From contig CAXXLL010000003.1 in NCBI GenBank assembly GCA_963662545.2, positions 672,001-736,000 on the forward strand: a stretch of DNA of 64,000 nt, read 5' to 3'. Below are positions 29,608-39,380 of the stretch, piece after piece. The notes below the pieces were generated by a model. It had not been told where the DNA came from and searched no databases. It saw only the letters and a program-made list of their open reading frames with translations. The DNA is from Gammaproteobacteria bacterium. GTDB taxonomy: Bacteria > Pseudomonadota > Gammaproteobacteria > Ga0077536. How positions within the stretch are numbered: position 1 is the first letter of the stretch; every line of letters begins with the position of its first letter. Made by a program: the position numbers and the translations under genes.

Positions 29608-30813
29608 ATGACAAATGCGAAAGACGACGACCGGCCACTCGCCGGCATGCGTGTAATAGAGGTTGGCCAGCTACTGGCCGGCCCATTTGCGGGCACCATT
29701 CTCGGCTACTACGGCGCCGAAGTGATCAAGGTCGAATCACCGCCCGCCGGCGATCCCATTCGCGGTTGGCGCGAAGTCAAGAATGGCACCGCCTTGTGGT
29801 GGGCCAGCCTCGCCCGCAACAAGAAATGCGTGACGCTCGATCTAAAAAGCGAACGCGGCCGTGAACTGTTGCGCGACCTCGTCGCCACCGCCGACGTGTT
29901 CATCGAGAACTTCCGCCCCGGCACCATGGAAAAATGGGGCTTGGGCCCGGCGGATTTCAAGGCGCGCAATCCGGGGCTAATCTATACCCGCATTTCCGGT
30001 TACGGACAGACCGGACCGTATGCGCCCAAGCCCGGCTTCGCCTCCGTGTGCGAAGCGTTCGGGGGTTTCCGCTACATCAACGGATTTCCGGGCGGTCCCC
30101 CGGTGCGTCCCAATCTCAGCATCGGCGACACCCTAGCCGGTATCCACGCCGCGATGGGCGTGCTGCTCGCCATTATCAGCCGCCAACGGGACGGCGAGGG
30201 CCAGGTCGTGGACGTCGCGATCTTCGAGGCGATATTCAACCTGCTCGAAGGCGTGATTCCGGAGTACGACGGCGCCGGCGTCATTCGCCAACCTTCGGGT
30301 TCGACCATCACCGGCATCGTCCCGTCGAATACCTACCGCTGCAAGGACGACAAACTGATCGTCATCGGCGCCAATACCCAATCGATGTTCAAACGCCTGG
30401 CCGAAACGATGGGTCGGCCACAGATGGCCGAAGATCCCCGCTTCGCCGACAACGCCGGGCGAGTTGAACACCAGGAAGAAGTGGACAGCACCATCGAACA
30501 GTGGACGCTCGGCCTGACCTCGCCCGATGCGCTTGATCTGCTCGACCAGGCGGGCGTCGCCGCCGGACCCATTTACGACGTTAAGGACATGTTTGCCGAT
30601 CCCCAGTTTCGAGCCCGCGGCTTGTTCGAGTTGGTCACGGTTGACGGCGAACCGTTGAACATACCCGCGATCATTCCGCAGCTAACGCGTACACCCGGCC
30701 GTACGGATTGGCCCGGCGCGGGCGTCGGCACGTCGAACGAGACCGTCTTCAAGGATATCCTCGGCCTCGCGGCCGAGGATATCGACGCGCTGCGCGCCGA
30801 AGGCGTCATTTGA
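29608..30813 (+). CDS. CaiB/BaiF family III CoA-transferase
   Basis: PLAGMRVIE, LAGPF, ARNKK, ENFRPG, ISGYGQTGP, SIGD. Confidence 0.95.
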   Translation: MTNAKDDDRPLAGMRVIEVGQLLAGPFAGTILGYYGAEVIKVESPPAGDPIRGWREVKNGTALWWASLARNKKCVTLDLKSERGRELLRDLVATADVFIENFRPGTMEKWGLGPADFKARNPGLIYTRISGYGQTGPYAPKPGFASVCEAFGGFRYINGFPGGPPVRPNLSIGDTLAGIHAAMGVLLAIISRQRDGEGQVVDVAIFEAIFNLLEGVIPEYDGAGVIRQPSGSTITGIVPSNTYRCKDDKLIVIGANTQSMFKRLAETMGRPQMAEDPRFADNAGRVEHQEEVDSTIEQWTLGLTSPDALDLLDQAGVAAGPIYDVKDMFADPQFRARGLFELVTVDGEPLNIPAIIPQLTRTPGRTDWPGAGVGTSNETVFKDILGLAAEDIDALRAEGVI

Positions 30814-30815
30814 AC

Positions 30816-31235
30816 ATGGCCACCGATGACGGCGGTCTGCGTCGCCTGTTTGCCTACGGCAGCTTGATGGTGCCGGCCGTGTGGCAGGCTGTGTGCGGCG
30901 TTCCGGCGTTACAGCGACCCGCGACACTCACGGGGTATGCACGGTTTCGGGTCCGCGGCCAGCACTTTCCCGGGATCATGCCGGTCACGGGCGCGACGAC
31001 CGAAGGCGTATTGATCGACGACATCGACGATGCCCTCTGGCGCCTGCTCGACGAATTCGAAAGCACCTTCTACGAGCGCCTTGTCGTCGCGGTCGAGACG
31101 CCGGAAGCACCGGTGCTCGCCACCTGCGCCTACGTCATGGCGGCTGCCCACCGTCAGGGTCTGACCCGCGAGCGCTGGACGCCGGAGCGCTTTACCGCCG
31201 ATCACCTCGATGCCTACCTCGCCCGCTACGCCTGA
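30816..31235 (+). CDS. Gamma-glutamylcyclotransferase (AIG2-like) family
   Basis: LFAYGSLM, LDEFE...YER. Confidence 0.85.
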   Translation: MATDDGGLRRLFAYGSLMVPAVWQAVCGVPALQRPATLTGYARFRVRGQHFPGIMPVTGATTEGVLIDDIDDALWRLLDEFESTFYERLVVAVETPEAPVLATCAYVMAAAHRQGLTRERWTPERFTADHLDAYLARYA

Positions 31236-31782
31236 GTCGCCCGTCGAGATTCGAACCGTCGGTCATAGCAACCGCAGCGCTGCGGCCTTGATAAAGATCC
31301 TCGCATGTCACCAGGTCGAGCAACTGGTCGACGTCCGGGCCTACCCGCGTTCCAGGCGACACCCACAGTTCAGCCGTAAAACGCTGGAACGGGCGCTCGC
31401 CGAGGTCAACATCGAATACGTCTGGTGGGGCGACAGTCTCGGCGGGTTCCGCAAGCCGCGCGCCGACTCGGTTCATACAGCGCTCAGCGAAGCAGGGTTT
31501 CGCGGCTTTGCCGATTACATGGCGACGGCCGTGTTCACAGACGCCATCGAGGCCCTGATCGATCTGGCGGCGGCCCGGCGAATTACCGTCATGTGCGCCG
31601 AAGCGGATTACCGCTCGTGCCATCGCCGTTTTATTTCCGACGCGCTGATCCTGCGCGCGGTGCGCGTCCTGCATCTCACGGATATCGGAAAGGCGCTCGA
31701 ACACGAACTCAATCCCTGCCTCGGCGACGCACGCGATCGGCCGGTTTACAATAGAAACGTGCAAGGCGATCTCTTCGCTTAA
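31210..31782 (+). CDS. DUF488 family protein
   Basis: TVGHSNR, LVDVR, LGGFR, MCAE...CHR. Confidence 0.88.
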   Translation: MPTSPATPESPVEIRTVGHSNRSAAALIKILACHQVEQLVDVRAYPRSRRHPQFSRKTLERALAEVNIEYVWWGDSLGGFRKPRADSVHTALSEAGFRGFADYMATAVFTDAIEALIDLAAARRITVMCAEADYRSCHRRFISDALILRAVRVLHLTDIGKALEHELNPCLGDARDRPVYNRNVQGDLFA

Positions 31783-31809
31783 ACCTTTCTTTGCAACCAG
31801 GAGTTCCGC

Positions 31810-32406
31810 ATGGCCCTACGCGATAGCATCATGGCGCTCGACATCCCGTTACCAGAACGCGGCGAACTGCCCGAAGACCTGCAGAAATATTTTGCGATCT
31901 GCGAGGAGAAGCTCGGCATGCTGCCGAACGTGCTCGCCGCCTACAGCCACGACGCCGAGCAGCTGCGGACGTTCTCGAAGTTCTACAACGTGCTCATGTT
32001 TGGCGATTCGGGGTTGAGCCCACTTGAGCGGGAAATGATCGCGGTGGTCGTGTCCTCTTACAATCACTGCTTTTATTGCCTCACCGCCCACGGCAGCGCG
32101 GTGCGCGATTATTCCGGGGATCCCGCGCTCGGCGAATTGTTGGTGATGAATTATCGCGCCGGTGACCTGTCCGCAAGGCATCGTGCGATGCTGGACTTCG
32201 CCGTCAAGGTAACCGAGCTGAGCCACGAGATTGAGGAGTCCGATCGCCAGGCGCTGCGCGACGCAGGGTTCAGCGAGAAGGATATCTGGGACATCGCCAA
32301 CGTCGCCGGGTTTTACAACATGACCAACCGCGTGGCCAGTGCGGTGGACATGCAACCCAACGAGGAATACCACGCCGCACACCGTACGGCGCCGACCGAG
32401 AATTGA
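31810..32406 (+). CDS. Peroxidase-related AhpD/CMD family protein
   Basis: EREMIAVVVS, CFYCLTAH, FYNMTNR. Confidence 0.9.
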   Translation: MALRDSIMALDIPLPERGELPEDLQKYFAICEEKLGMLPNVLAAYSHDAEQLRTFSKFYNVLMFGDSGLSPLEREMIAVVVSSYNHCFYCLTAHGSAVRDYSGDPALGELLVMNYRAGDLSARHRAMLDFAVKVTELSHEIEESDRQALRDAGFSEKDIWDIANVAGFYNMTNRVASAVDMQPNEEYHAAHRTAPTEN

Positions 32407-32418
32407 ATCGCGCGCTAG

Positions 32419-32572
32419 TGCGCCGTCCCGTGAAAAACTTTCATAATTCGCTGGTCTTTTTCGTCCCCAGCCGCGCTCGTCCTTGCGTAGAGCCCGCTAC
32501 GCGGCGTCCTCGCGCCTTGCCAGGAACGAAAAATCCGGTGCGACTTACGCAAGTTTTTCACGGGACGGCACA
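32419..32572. mobile_element. MITE family B (single copy in this window)
   Basis: TIR TGCGCCGTCCCGTGAAAAACTT / AAGTTTTTCACGGGACGGCACA; CTAG on both sides (32415-32418, 32573-32576); self-complementary interior. Confidence 0.82.
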
Positions 32573-32610
32573 CTAGCCTTCACTACGGATCGCACCGGAA
32601 CCCGAATCGC

Positions 32611-34044
32611 ATGAATCCAAGATCCCGAGCCGCCGCGGCGGCGATGTGGCTGGCCTGTGTCGCCTTTATCACCCACGCGGCACAAGCCGACCTGCCACCG
32701 AAGATCCAAGCCATCATCGACGGTCACCGCATCCCGTCAGACGGGGTCAGCATCGTCGTCCAGGCCGTCGACGAGGATGCGCCGCGCCTCGCGCTCAATG
32801 CCGATACGCCGCGCAACCCGGCGTCGGCCGTGAAGCTCGTCACCACGTGGACAGCGCTCGACATGCTCGGGCCCACTCACACCTGGCGCACGCGGGTCTA
32901 TGCGCTGGGGCCGATCGAAGACGGCGTATTAAAGGGCGATCTGCTGATCAAGGGGTATGGCGATCCGTATCTCGTGCTCGAAGATTTCTGGAAGCTCGTC
33001 GGTGACATCCGCCGGAAGGGGATCCGCGACATCGAGGGGGATCTGCTGCTGGACGACAGCCTGTTTGAGATCGACGGGGACGGCCCCGGCGCGTTCGACG
33101 GCGAAGCCTACCGCCTGTACAACGTTCTGCCGAGCGCGTTGATGGTAAATTTCAAATCCTTCGACTTCGTCTTCCATCCGAATGCGGCAACGAACACGCT
33201 CACCATCGAAGCGAATCCGAGATTGCCTAACTTGAAGATCACCAACAGCGTGAAGCTCGTCAGCGGCCCGTGCCGCGGCAACGCGATCCGCTTGATCATG
33301 GACGTCGCCGACGCCAAGACCGCGGACCACGTAATCTTTTCCGGCCGGCTGCCATTCGCCTGCCGCAATTACAAACTGTCACGCAGCATCATGACGCCGG
33401 CGGCGTATGCGTACGGCACGTTCCGGATGCTCTGGCAGCAATGGGGCGGCTCACTCCAGGGCGGCTATGGCAAAAGCGTCGCACCACAGGGCGCCCGGCC
33501 GTTGTTCACCTGGCGATCGCGGCCGCTCGGCGAGATCATCCGTCCGCTGAACAAATGGAGCAATAACGTCATGACGCGTCTACTGCTCTATACCATCGGC
33601 GAGACGAGCAACAATCCCCCGATCACGCGCGCCGACGGCGCGGCTGCACTGACCGCGCATCTCGCCAAGCGCGGGCTCGACACCAGCAGCCTCGTCATCG
33701 ATAACGGCTCGGGGCTGTCGCGAAATACGCGCGTGTCGGCGGGGTTCATGGTCAGTTTGCTCGATCTCGCCTGGCATTCGCCCACCATGCCGGAATACAT
33801 CGCGTCCCTCTCGATCCCCGGCAAGGACGGTACCATGCGAAGACGCTTTCGCGGGCGCGCCGAGTCGGGGCGAATGCACTTGAAGACCGGCCGCCTCGAT
33901 GACGTGGTCGCGATCGCTGGCTACGTTCATGCCAAGAGCGGCACGACGTTCATGGTGTGTATGATCGCAAACTATCGCAACGCACATCGCGGTCCGGGGC
34001 GGGCACTGCAGGAAGCGGTGCTGTCGTGGACCTATCGTCAGTGA
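32611..34044 (+). CDS. dacB: D-Ala-D-Ala carboxypeptidase/endopeptidase PBP4
   Basis: PASAVK (SxxK), GYGDP, SNN (SxN), NGSGLSR, KTG. Confidence 0.94.
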   Translation: MNPRSRAAAAAMWLACVAFITHAAQADLPPKIQAIIDGHRIPSDGVSIVVQAVDEDAPRLALNADTPRNPASAVKLVTTWTALDMLGPTHTWRTRVYALGPIEDGVLKGDLLIKGYGDPYLVLEDFWKLVGDIRRKGIRDIEGDLLLDDSLFEIDGDGPGAFDGEAYRLYNVLPSALMVNFKSFDFVFHPNAATNTLTIEANPRLPNLKITNSVKLVSGPCRGNAIRLIMDVADAKTADHVIFSGRLPFACRNYKLSRSIMTPAAYAYGTFRMLWQQWGGSLQGGYGKSVAPQGARPLFTWRSRPLGEIIRPLNKWSNNVMTRLLLYTIGETSNNPPITRADGAAALTAHLAKRGLDTSSLVIDNGSGLSRNTRVSAGFMVSLLDLAWHSPTMPEYIASLSIPGKDGTMRRRFRGRAESGRMHLKTGRLDDVVAIAGYVHAKSGTTFMVCMIANYRNAHRGPGRALQEAVLSWTYRQ

Positions 34045-34053
34045 CGTACCTAA

Positions 34054-34215
34054 GGAACCTCTGAATAAGTCAAGGTCCCTCTGCCTTGCCCATGAAATCG
34101 CGGAGCCTTAACTGACGAAGCTTGCCCATAGTCCCCGCTATGGCCTGCGATTCGTGCCTTGCTCTGCACCATTGCATGAACCATTCAGACGCACCATGAC
34201 TTATTCAGAGGTTCC
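34054..34215. mobile_element. MITE family A, copy 3
   Basis: 162 bp; perfect 19-bp TIR GGAACCTCTGAATAAGTCA / TGACTTATTCAGAGGTTCC; CTAA duplicated (34050-34053, 34216-34219). Confidence 0.93.
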
Positions 34216-34306
34216 CTAATTGTGGTGGAATCCCTGGCGGACGGTATCATGGGCATGAGCCCACCCGCGTACGAATAGCAAAGCTATCGGATAAGAGACC
34301 CAGGAC

Positions 34307-35617
34307 ATGAGCAACGAACGAAAAAACGATCCGGCCGGTGCCGCCGCACTCGAAACCGCCGGTAAGACCTACCAATTTCCAGTGCTCGAAGGCGCAGTCG
34401 GCCCGAGCGTGATCGACATCTCGAAGCTCTACGCGCGAACCGGTCAGTTCACCTACGACCCAGGCTTCACTTCGACCGCGAGTTGCGAGTCGAAGATCAC
34501 CTACATCGATGGTGATGCGGGCATTTTGCTATATCGAGGCTATCCTATCGAACAACTCGCGCTGCAAAGTAATTTTTTGGAAACGGTTTACCTCCTGCTG
34601 AACGGCGAGCTGCCGACGCCGGTAGAATTTGAGGAGTTTGCCTACGCCATCACGCGTCACACGATGGTCCACGAAGACCTGCGGACGTTCTTCTCAGGAT
34701 TTCGTCCCGACGCCCATCCGATGGCCATCATGTGCGGCGTGGTCGGCGCACTGTCCGCGTTCTACCACGATTCGACAGACATCAACGACCCCTACCAGCG
34801 TCTGGTGGCGAGCCGCAGGTTGATCGCCAAGATGCCGACCATCGCCGCGATGGCTTACAAATACTCGATCGGTGAGCCCTTCGTTTATCCGCGCAATGAC
34901 CTGGGATACGCAACCAATTTCCTGCATATGTGCTTCGCGAGACCCTCGGCTGAGTACGAGGTCAACCCAACGTTCGCCGGGGCGATGGACCGGATCTTCA
35001 TCCTGCATGCCGATCACGAGCAGAATGCCTCGACTTCGACCGTGCGCCTGGCGAGTTCCTCGGGTGCCAACCCGTTCGCCTGCATTGCCGCGGGGATCGC
35101 CTGCCTGTGGGGTCCCGCGCACGGCGGGGCCAATGAGGCGGCGCTCAAAATGCTCAGCGAGATCGGCTCCGTCGACCGCATCCCCGAATTCGTCGAACGC
35201 GCGAAGGACAAGAACGATCCCTTCCGCCTGATGGGCTTCGGGCACCGGGTCTACAAAAACTACGATCCGCGCGCGCGGGTCATGCAGAAAACTTGTCACG
35301 AAGTGCTGAACGAACTCGGCATCACGGACGACCCCTTGCTCGATGTAGCAATAGAACTCGAAAAGATCGCGTTGTCGGACGAGTACTTCGTCGAAAAGAA
35401 GCTGTATCCCAACATCGACTTCTATTCGGGCATCACCTTGAAGGCGATGGGCTTTCCGACCACGATGTTCACTGCGCTGTTTGCACTGGCGCGCACCGTC
35501 GGTTGGGTCGCGCAATGGATCGAGATGATCGAAGATCCAAGCCAGAAAATCGGGCGCCCGCGCCAGTTGTATACCGGATACACGCAGCGCGATTTCGTGC
35601 CGATGTCGGCGCGCTGA
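34307..35617 (+). CDS. gltA: Citrate synthase (type II)
   Basis: [51 protein letters not shown]. Confidence 0.98.
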   Translation: MSNERKNDPAGAAALETAGKTYQFPVLEGAVGPSVIDISKLYARTGQFTYDPGFTSTASCESKITYIDGDAGILLYRGYPIEQLALQSNFLETVYLLLNGELPTPVEFEEFAYAITRHTMVHEDLRTFFSGFRPDAHPMAIMCGVVGALSAFYHDSTDINDPYQRLVASRRLIAKMPTIAAMAYKYSIGEPFVYPRNDLGYATNFLHMCFARPSAEYEVNPTFAGAMDRIFILHADHEQNASTSTVRLASSSGANPFACIAAGIACLWGPAHGGANEAALKMLSEIGSVDRIPEFVERAKDKNDPFRLMGFGHRVYKNYDPRARVMQKTCHEVLNELGITDDPLLDVAIELEKIALSDEYFVEKKLYPNIDFYSGITLKAMGFPTTMFTALFALARTVGWVAQWIEMIEDPSQKIGRPRQLYTGYTQRDFVPMSAR

Positions 35618-35651
35618 ATTGCAACTGACGCGATCTGTTCGGAAGACCTAT

Positions 35652-36812
35652 TTAGAATCCCGCTGTCAACGCCTCGTTCATGCGCTCTAGAATTTTATCG
35701 AGCAGCACCCGCGAAGTAGCGAAGTTGAGACGCACGAAACCCTTACCCGCTTCGCCGAACCTTCTGCCGTCACTCAGAGCGACACGCGCCTTTTTCAGGA
35801 AAAACTCATAAGGCGACGGTTTCAGCGTCAGCGCGCGCATATCCAGCCACGCAAGATAAGTGGCTTCAGGCGGGAAATACGCGATATCCGGCCATTGCGC
35901 GCGGCAGTAGCCGGCAAGGTGATCACGGTTGTCACGTAGATAATTCAAGGCCTCGTCCAACCACGGCTGCGACTGCGTCCAGGCCGCCCGCACCGCCGCC
36001 ATGCTCAGGGTATTGAGACCGCCGCGCGTATGCGGCGGCATGGCTTTGAAGCGATGGCGGAGCGCGTCGTTCTCGATCACGGCGAAAGCGAGACAGAGGC
36101 CCGCGATGTTAAAGGCCTTACTCGCCGACATCAGGGTCACCGTACGCTGAGCGACTTCGGCATCCAATGTCGCGATGGGAATATGGGGACGATCGTCCAG
36201 CACGAGATCGGCGTGGATCTCGTCCGATACGATCACGAGGTCGTGGCGGCAGGCGATCGTGGCGAGGCGCTCGAGTTCCTCCCGGTCGAAAGCACGGCCG
36301 GTCGGGTTGTGCGGGTTGCAGAAGAGGATAAGCCGCGTGCTCGAATCGAGTGCTGATTCGAGGCGATCGAAATCGATCTCATAACGCGATTTTCCCGCTT
36401 CCAGCGGGCACAGGATCCCCCGCCGCCGAGTCAGATCAACCGCGCGAAGAAAGGGTGGATAGATCGGTGTCTGAATCACCGCGCCCTCGCCTTCAGCCGA
36501 GAGGGTCTGCAAGCACATGTAAATCCCCTGTACGACGTCGTTGAGCACCTCGACTGCGACGGGATCGATCTGCCAGCCGAAACGACTCGCGATGCGCTCG
36601 GCAAACATCTCGTGCAGGCCGGAGCGACGCTCGAGCATGGGGTACCCGAGGTCGACGTTTGCGAGGCGTTCGTCGAGCGCCGCACGGATCGGCGGTGCGA
36701 TCTCAAAGTCCATGTCGGCGACCCAGGCCGGCAGAATGTCGGCTGGATAACGTTGCCACTTCTCGCCCGTGCGACGGCGCAGTTTCGATTCATTGGTGTC
36801 GGCGTGAAACAT
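35652..36812 (-). CDS. PLP-dependent C-S lyase, MalY/PatB family
   Basis: AWVADMDF, CNPHNPTG, SDEIHAD, SASKAFN, EATYLAW, RLNFAT. Confidence 0.92.
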   Translation of the reverse strand: MFHADTNESKLRRRTGEKWQRYPADILPAWVADMDFEIAPPIRAALDERLANVDLGYPMLERRSGLHEMFAERIASRFGWQIDPVAVEVLNDVVQGIYMCLQTLSAEGEGAVIQTPIYPPFLRAVDLTRRRGILCPLEAGKSRYEIDFDRLESALDSSTRLILFCNPHNPTGRAFDREELERLATIACRHDLVIVSDEIHADLVLDDRPHIPIATLDAEVAQRTVTLMSASKAFNIAGLCLAFAVIENDALRHRFKAMPPHTRGGLNTLSMAAVRAAWTQSQPWLDEALNYLRDNRDHLAGYCRAQWPDIAYFPPEATYLAWLDMRALTLKPSPYEFFLKKARVALSDGRRFGEAGKGFVRLNFATSRVLLDKILERMNEALTAGF

Positions 36813-36827
36813 GGGGCGCGAGTCTAG

Positions 36828-36987
36828 CAGCCTGTCGGACTTAGGAAGAATTGACTTGGGCGTTGGGATAGCGGTCCAAATGCGCCATGGTTTTCGTTAA
36901 ATAGCCCCGCTATTCGCCTCAAACCATGACACATTTGGCCTCGCTCTCCCAACCGCCTCGCTACGATTCCCTAAGTCCGACAGGCTG
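36828..36987. mobile_element. MITE family C (single copy in this window)
   Basis: 160 bp; perfect 18-bp TIR CAGCCTGTCGGACTTAGG / CCTAAGTCCGACAGGCTG; CTAG duplicated (36824-36827, 36988-36991). Confidence 0.88.
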
Positions 36988-37020
36988 CTAGCGCTTACGC
37001 CGAGGCTTGGCGAACCGACG

Positions 37021-37037
37021 ATGTAATAATATTACAT
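37021..37037. promoter_or_regulatory. Zur-box-like palindrome downstream of ZIP and upstream of patB
   Basis: Perfect 8-1-8 ATGTAATA-A-TATTACAT, close to the proteobacterial Zur consensus ATGTTATAnTATAACAT; AT-rich island in GC-rich DNA. Confidence 0.65.
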
Positions 37038-37045
37038 TATTAGGC

Positions 37046-37834
37046 TTAGGAGACAGTCCCACCGTTGCCGTGGATAATCAGGTTGATCATCAATCCGACA
37101 GTGATCAGCGCGAGCTGAATGATGGTGTCGCTGGCCTTGAGGTTGCGGTTCAAACTCGGCATCAAATCCGCCACGGCAACGTAGATAAAACTCGCTGCCG
37201 TGAATGCGAGCAAGTAGGGAATGAGGTCGGTGATCAAATCCACGGCAATCCAGGCGACGCCGACCCCGATCACCATCGCGAGCGAAGTCAGAAGGTTGAG
37301 CGCAAAAGCCCGCGCGCGTGAATAGCCGCTGTTGATCAGAATCGCGAAATCTCCGAGTTCCTGAGGAATTTCATGGGCGATCACGGCGAGGGCGGTGATG
37401 ACGCCGAGCCGGAAATCGGCGACGAAAGCGGCCGTGATCAAGGCGCCGTCGAGAAAATTGTGAAACGAATCTCCGATGAGGATCAACGAACCAGCCGGCC
37501 GCTCGCCGGCGTGGATGCGCGCGCCGCCCTCGTGCGCATCAGCGATGTGATGGTGATGCCGCCAGATGAGCCCTTTCTCCAACAGAAAAAAAGTCAAAAT
37601 AGCGATCAACACCGTTGCCATCAGCCCTTTGGCCTGGCCCGATGCAAGCTCGAGCGCTTCGGGCAGCAAGTGCAGAAAGCCCGCGCCCAGCAGCATGCCA
37701 GTGGCGAAACTGACTAGATAATCGAGCGAGCGATCCCGCATCCGCTTGGGCAGCAGCAGATAAAGTGCTGCCGCGGCCAGGCTCAGGAGGCTGCCGAGTA
37801 CGCTGAAGGCGAGTATCCAAGCGAGAAGATTCAT
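37046..37834 (-). CDS. ZIP family divalent metal (Zn) transporter
   Basis: His-rich loop HHHHIADAH, GDSFHNFLDG, HEIPQELGDF, FIYVAVADL. Confidence 0.94.
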   Translation of the reverse strand: MNLLAWILAFSVLGSLLSLAAAALYLLLPKRMRDRSLDYLVSFATGMLLGAGFLHLLPEALELASGQAKGLMATVLIAILTFFLLEKGLIWRHHHHIADAHEGGARIHAGERPAGSLILIGDSFHNFLDGALITAAFVADFRLGVITALAVIAHEIPQELGDFAILINSGYSRARAFALNLLTSLAMVIGVGVAWIAVDLITDLIPYLLAFTAASFIYVAVADLMPSLNRNLKASDTIIQLALITVGLMINLIIHGNGGTVS

Positions 37835-37873
37835 GAACTGAGGAGGTGAGTCAGCGATCGGGCGACAGGATGG

Positions 37874-37890
37874 ATGTTATAGTATCACAT
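37874..37890. promoter_or_regulatory. Zur box between the divergent ZIP and zur genes
   Basis: ATGTTATA-G-TATCACAT, one mismatch to the Zur consensus. Confidence 0.8.
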
Positions 37891-37963
37891 TCGATCAACA
37901 CGCCCATCGAGGCGCAGGCGGCACCGGCATCGATACTGCCGCGCCCCGCGGGAGGGAGCATTC

Positions 37964-38452
37964 ATGGCGCGCCGAGGCGTTATCCAAGATTTCGTCGATG
38001 ACAAACACGATCACGCAAGCTGCGTCGAGGACGCGTTGCAGCGGGCCGAGGTCTTATGCGGCGAGCGCGGCGAACGCCTGACTCCTTTGCGCCGCCGCGT
38101 TCTCGAACTCGTCTGGGACAACCATCAACCGGTTAAAGCCTACGAGCTGCTGGCCATGCTGGCCGGGGAACGCAAACGGGCTGCTCCGCCGACCGTCTAT
38201 CGGGCGCTAGATTTTCTACGCGATGCAGGACTCGTGCATAAAATTGAGTCCTTGAATGCGTTCATTGGCTGCGCCAAGCCCGACCGCCGCCATTGTGCGC
38301 AATTTTTGATCTGCATTGGTTGCGGCGCGGTGGCCGAAATGGATGACCCGGCGCTGACCGGAAAAATTGCCGCCAATGCGAAACGCCTGGGTTTTCGCGT
38401 GCACCAGGAAACCATCGAGGTTGAGGGCTATTGTGGTTCTTGCGCGGGCTAA
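37964..38452 (+). CDS. zur: Zinc uptake regulator (Fur family)
   Basis: HDHASC, RLTPLRRRVL, PPTVYRALDFL, HKIESLNAFIGC, two CxxC; adjacent to ZIP and a Zur box. Confidence 0.88.
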   Translation: MARRGVIQDFVDDKHDHASCVEDALQRAEVLCGERGERLTPLRRRVLELVWDNHQPVKAYELLAMLAGERKRAAPPTVYRALDFLRDAGLVHKIESLNAFIGCAKPDRRHCAQFLICIGCGAVAEMDDPALTGKIAANAKRLGFRVHQETIEVEGYCGSCAG

Positions 38453-38459
38453 GAAGGAT

Positions 38460-39266
38460 TCAGACTTTCTCCACCAGCCTTATTGGCGCTCCGCGCCCAA
38501 TGCCAAGGAATTCAGCCGCGTTCTGTTCCGCACGGGCGATCTCCAATACGCCGAAAGAATTAATCAGTGCAATGAGATCGCCCGGCGAGACGTCGCCGTA
38601 GGTACGGCCAAAATCGATATCGTGACCACCCGCCTTGACCACCGGGTCTTTGAACGCGTCCAGGTCTTCGCGCGTAACATTAGTGATGAGATTACCGAAA
38701 TGGTCGCTGGTGATGACGACTCCGACGAATTGCGCGCCGCGCTGCTCGGCAGGCTCGATGATCGAGGGGATGTAGTCCAATGTCGGCTGCCCGAGATCAT
38801 CGCGATTCAATGTGCCCGATGCGATCGCGGCTGCCAAGGGTGCGAATATGTCGCGCCCGTGAAATGTTGCGCTCACGTCTTCGAGGCGGCAAGCATCGAT
38901 GATCGCGTCAGAAAGGTGATAGACCTCCGCGTTCGAACGATCGATGGCTTCGGCGATCAGGCCGTTGTCAGGCGCGAGAAATGCGTGACCTGCGCCGAGC
39001 GCCAGCAACACGTTACGGTCGGTTCCGACGCCGGGATCGACGACCGCCAGGTGCACCGTGCCGGGCGGAAAATAGTGATACGATCGCGCGATCCAAAACC
39101 CTGCTTCGGCCGGCCAGTGAACATGGGCTTCATGGGTCAAATCAATGATCGTGGCCGACGGAAAACGGCTGATGATCACGCCTTTCATGGTCCCGACGAA
39201 CGGCCCGCGGTGACCGAAATCGGTGGTAACGGTAATGACGCCGCTTGGCTCGAATGGTGTGCTCAT
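38460..39266 (-). CDS. SAM hydroxide adenosyltransferase (DUF62; halogenase superfamily)
   Basis: TTDFG, VVDPGVGTDR, APDNG, SATFHGRDIFAP, DHFGNLITN; likely start ATG 39266. Confidence 0.9.
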   Translation of the reverse strand: MSTPFEPSGVITVTTDFGHRGPFVGTMKGVIISRFPSATIIDLTHEAHVHWPAEAGFWIARSYHYFPPGTVHLAVVDPGVGTDRNVLLALGAGHAFLAPDNGLIAEAIDRSNAEVYHLSDAIIDACRLEDVSATFHGRDIFAPLAAAIASGTLNRDDLGQPTLDYIPSIIEPAEQRGAQFVGVVITSDHFGNLITNVTREDLDAFKDPVVKAGGHDIDFGRTYGDVSPGDLIALINSFGVLEIARAEQNAAEFLGIGRGAPIRLVEKV

Positions 39267-39380
39267 CACTCCCCTATGTGACCGGGTGCGCGTTCGAGAT
39301 GACGCGGTTCGCCGGTTACCCAGGATGATGGGACCAACGATGCATGCGCGCAAGCCTCGCAGCCCCTCCCGATCGACGCG

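Noticed and set aside
38460-39266. Possible fluorinase/chlorinase
   Set aside because: It has TFHGRD and DPGVGTDR, the Asp/Arg/His set of hydrolytic DUF62 enzymes, and there is no biosynthetic cluster nearby.
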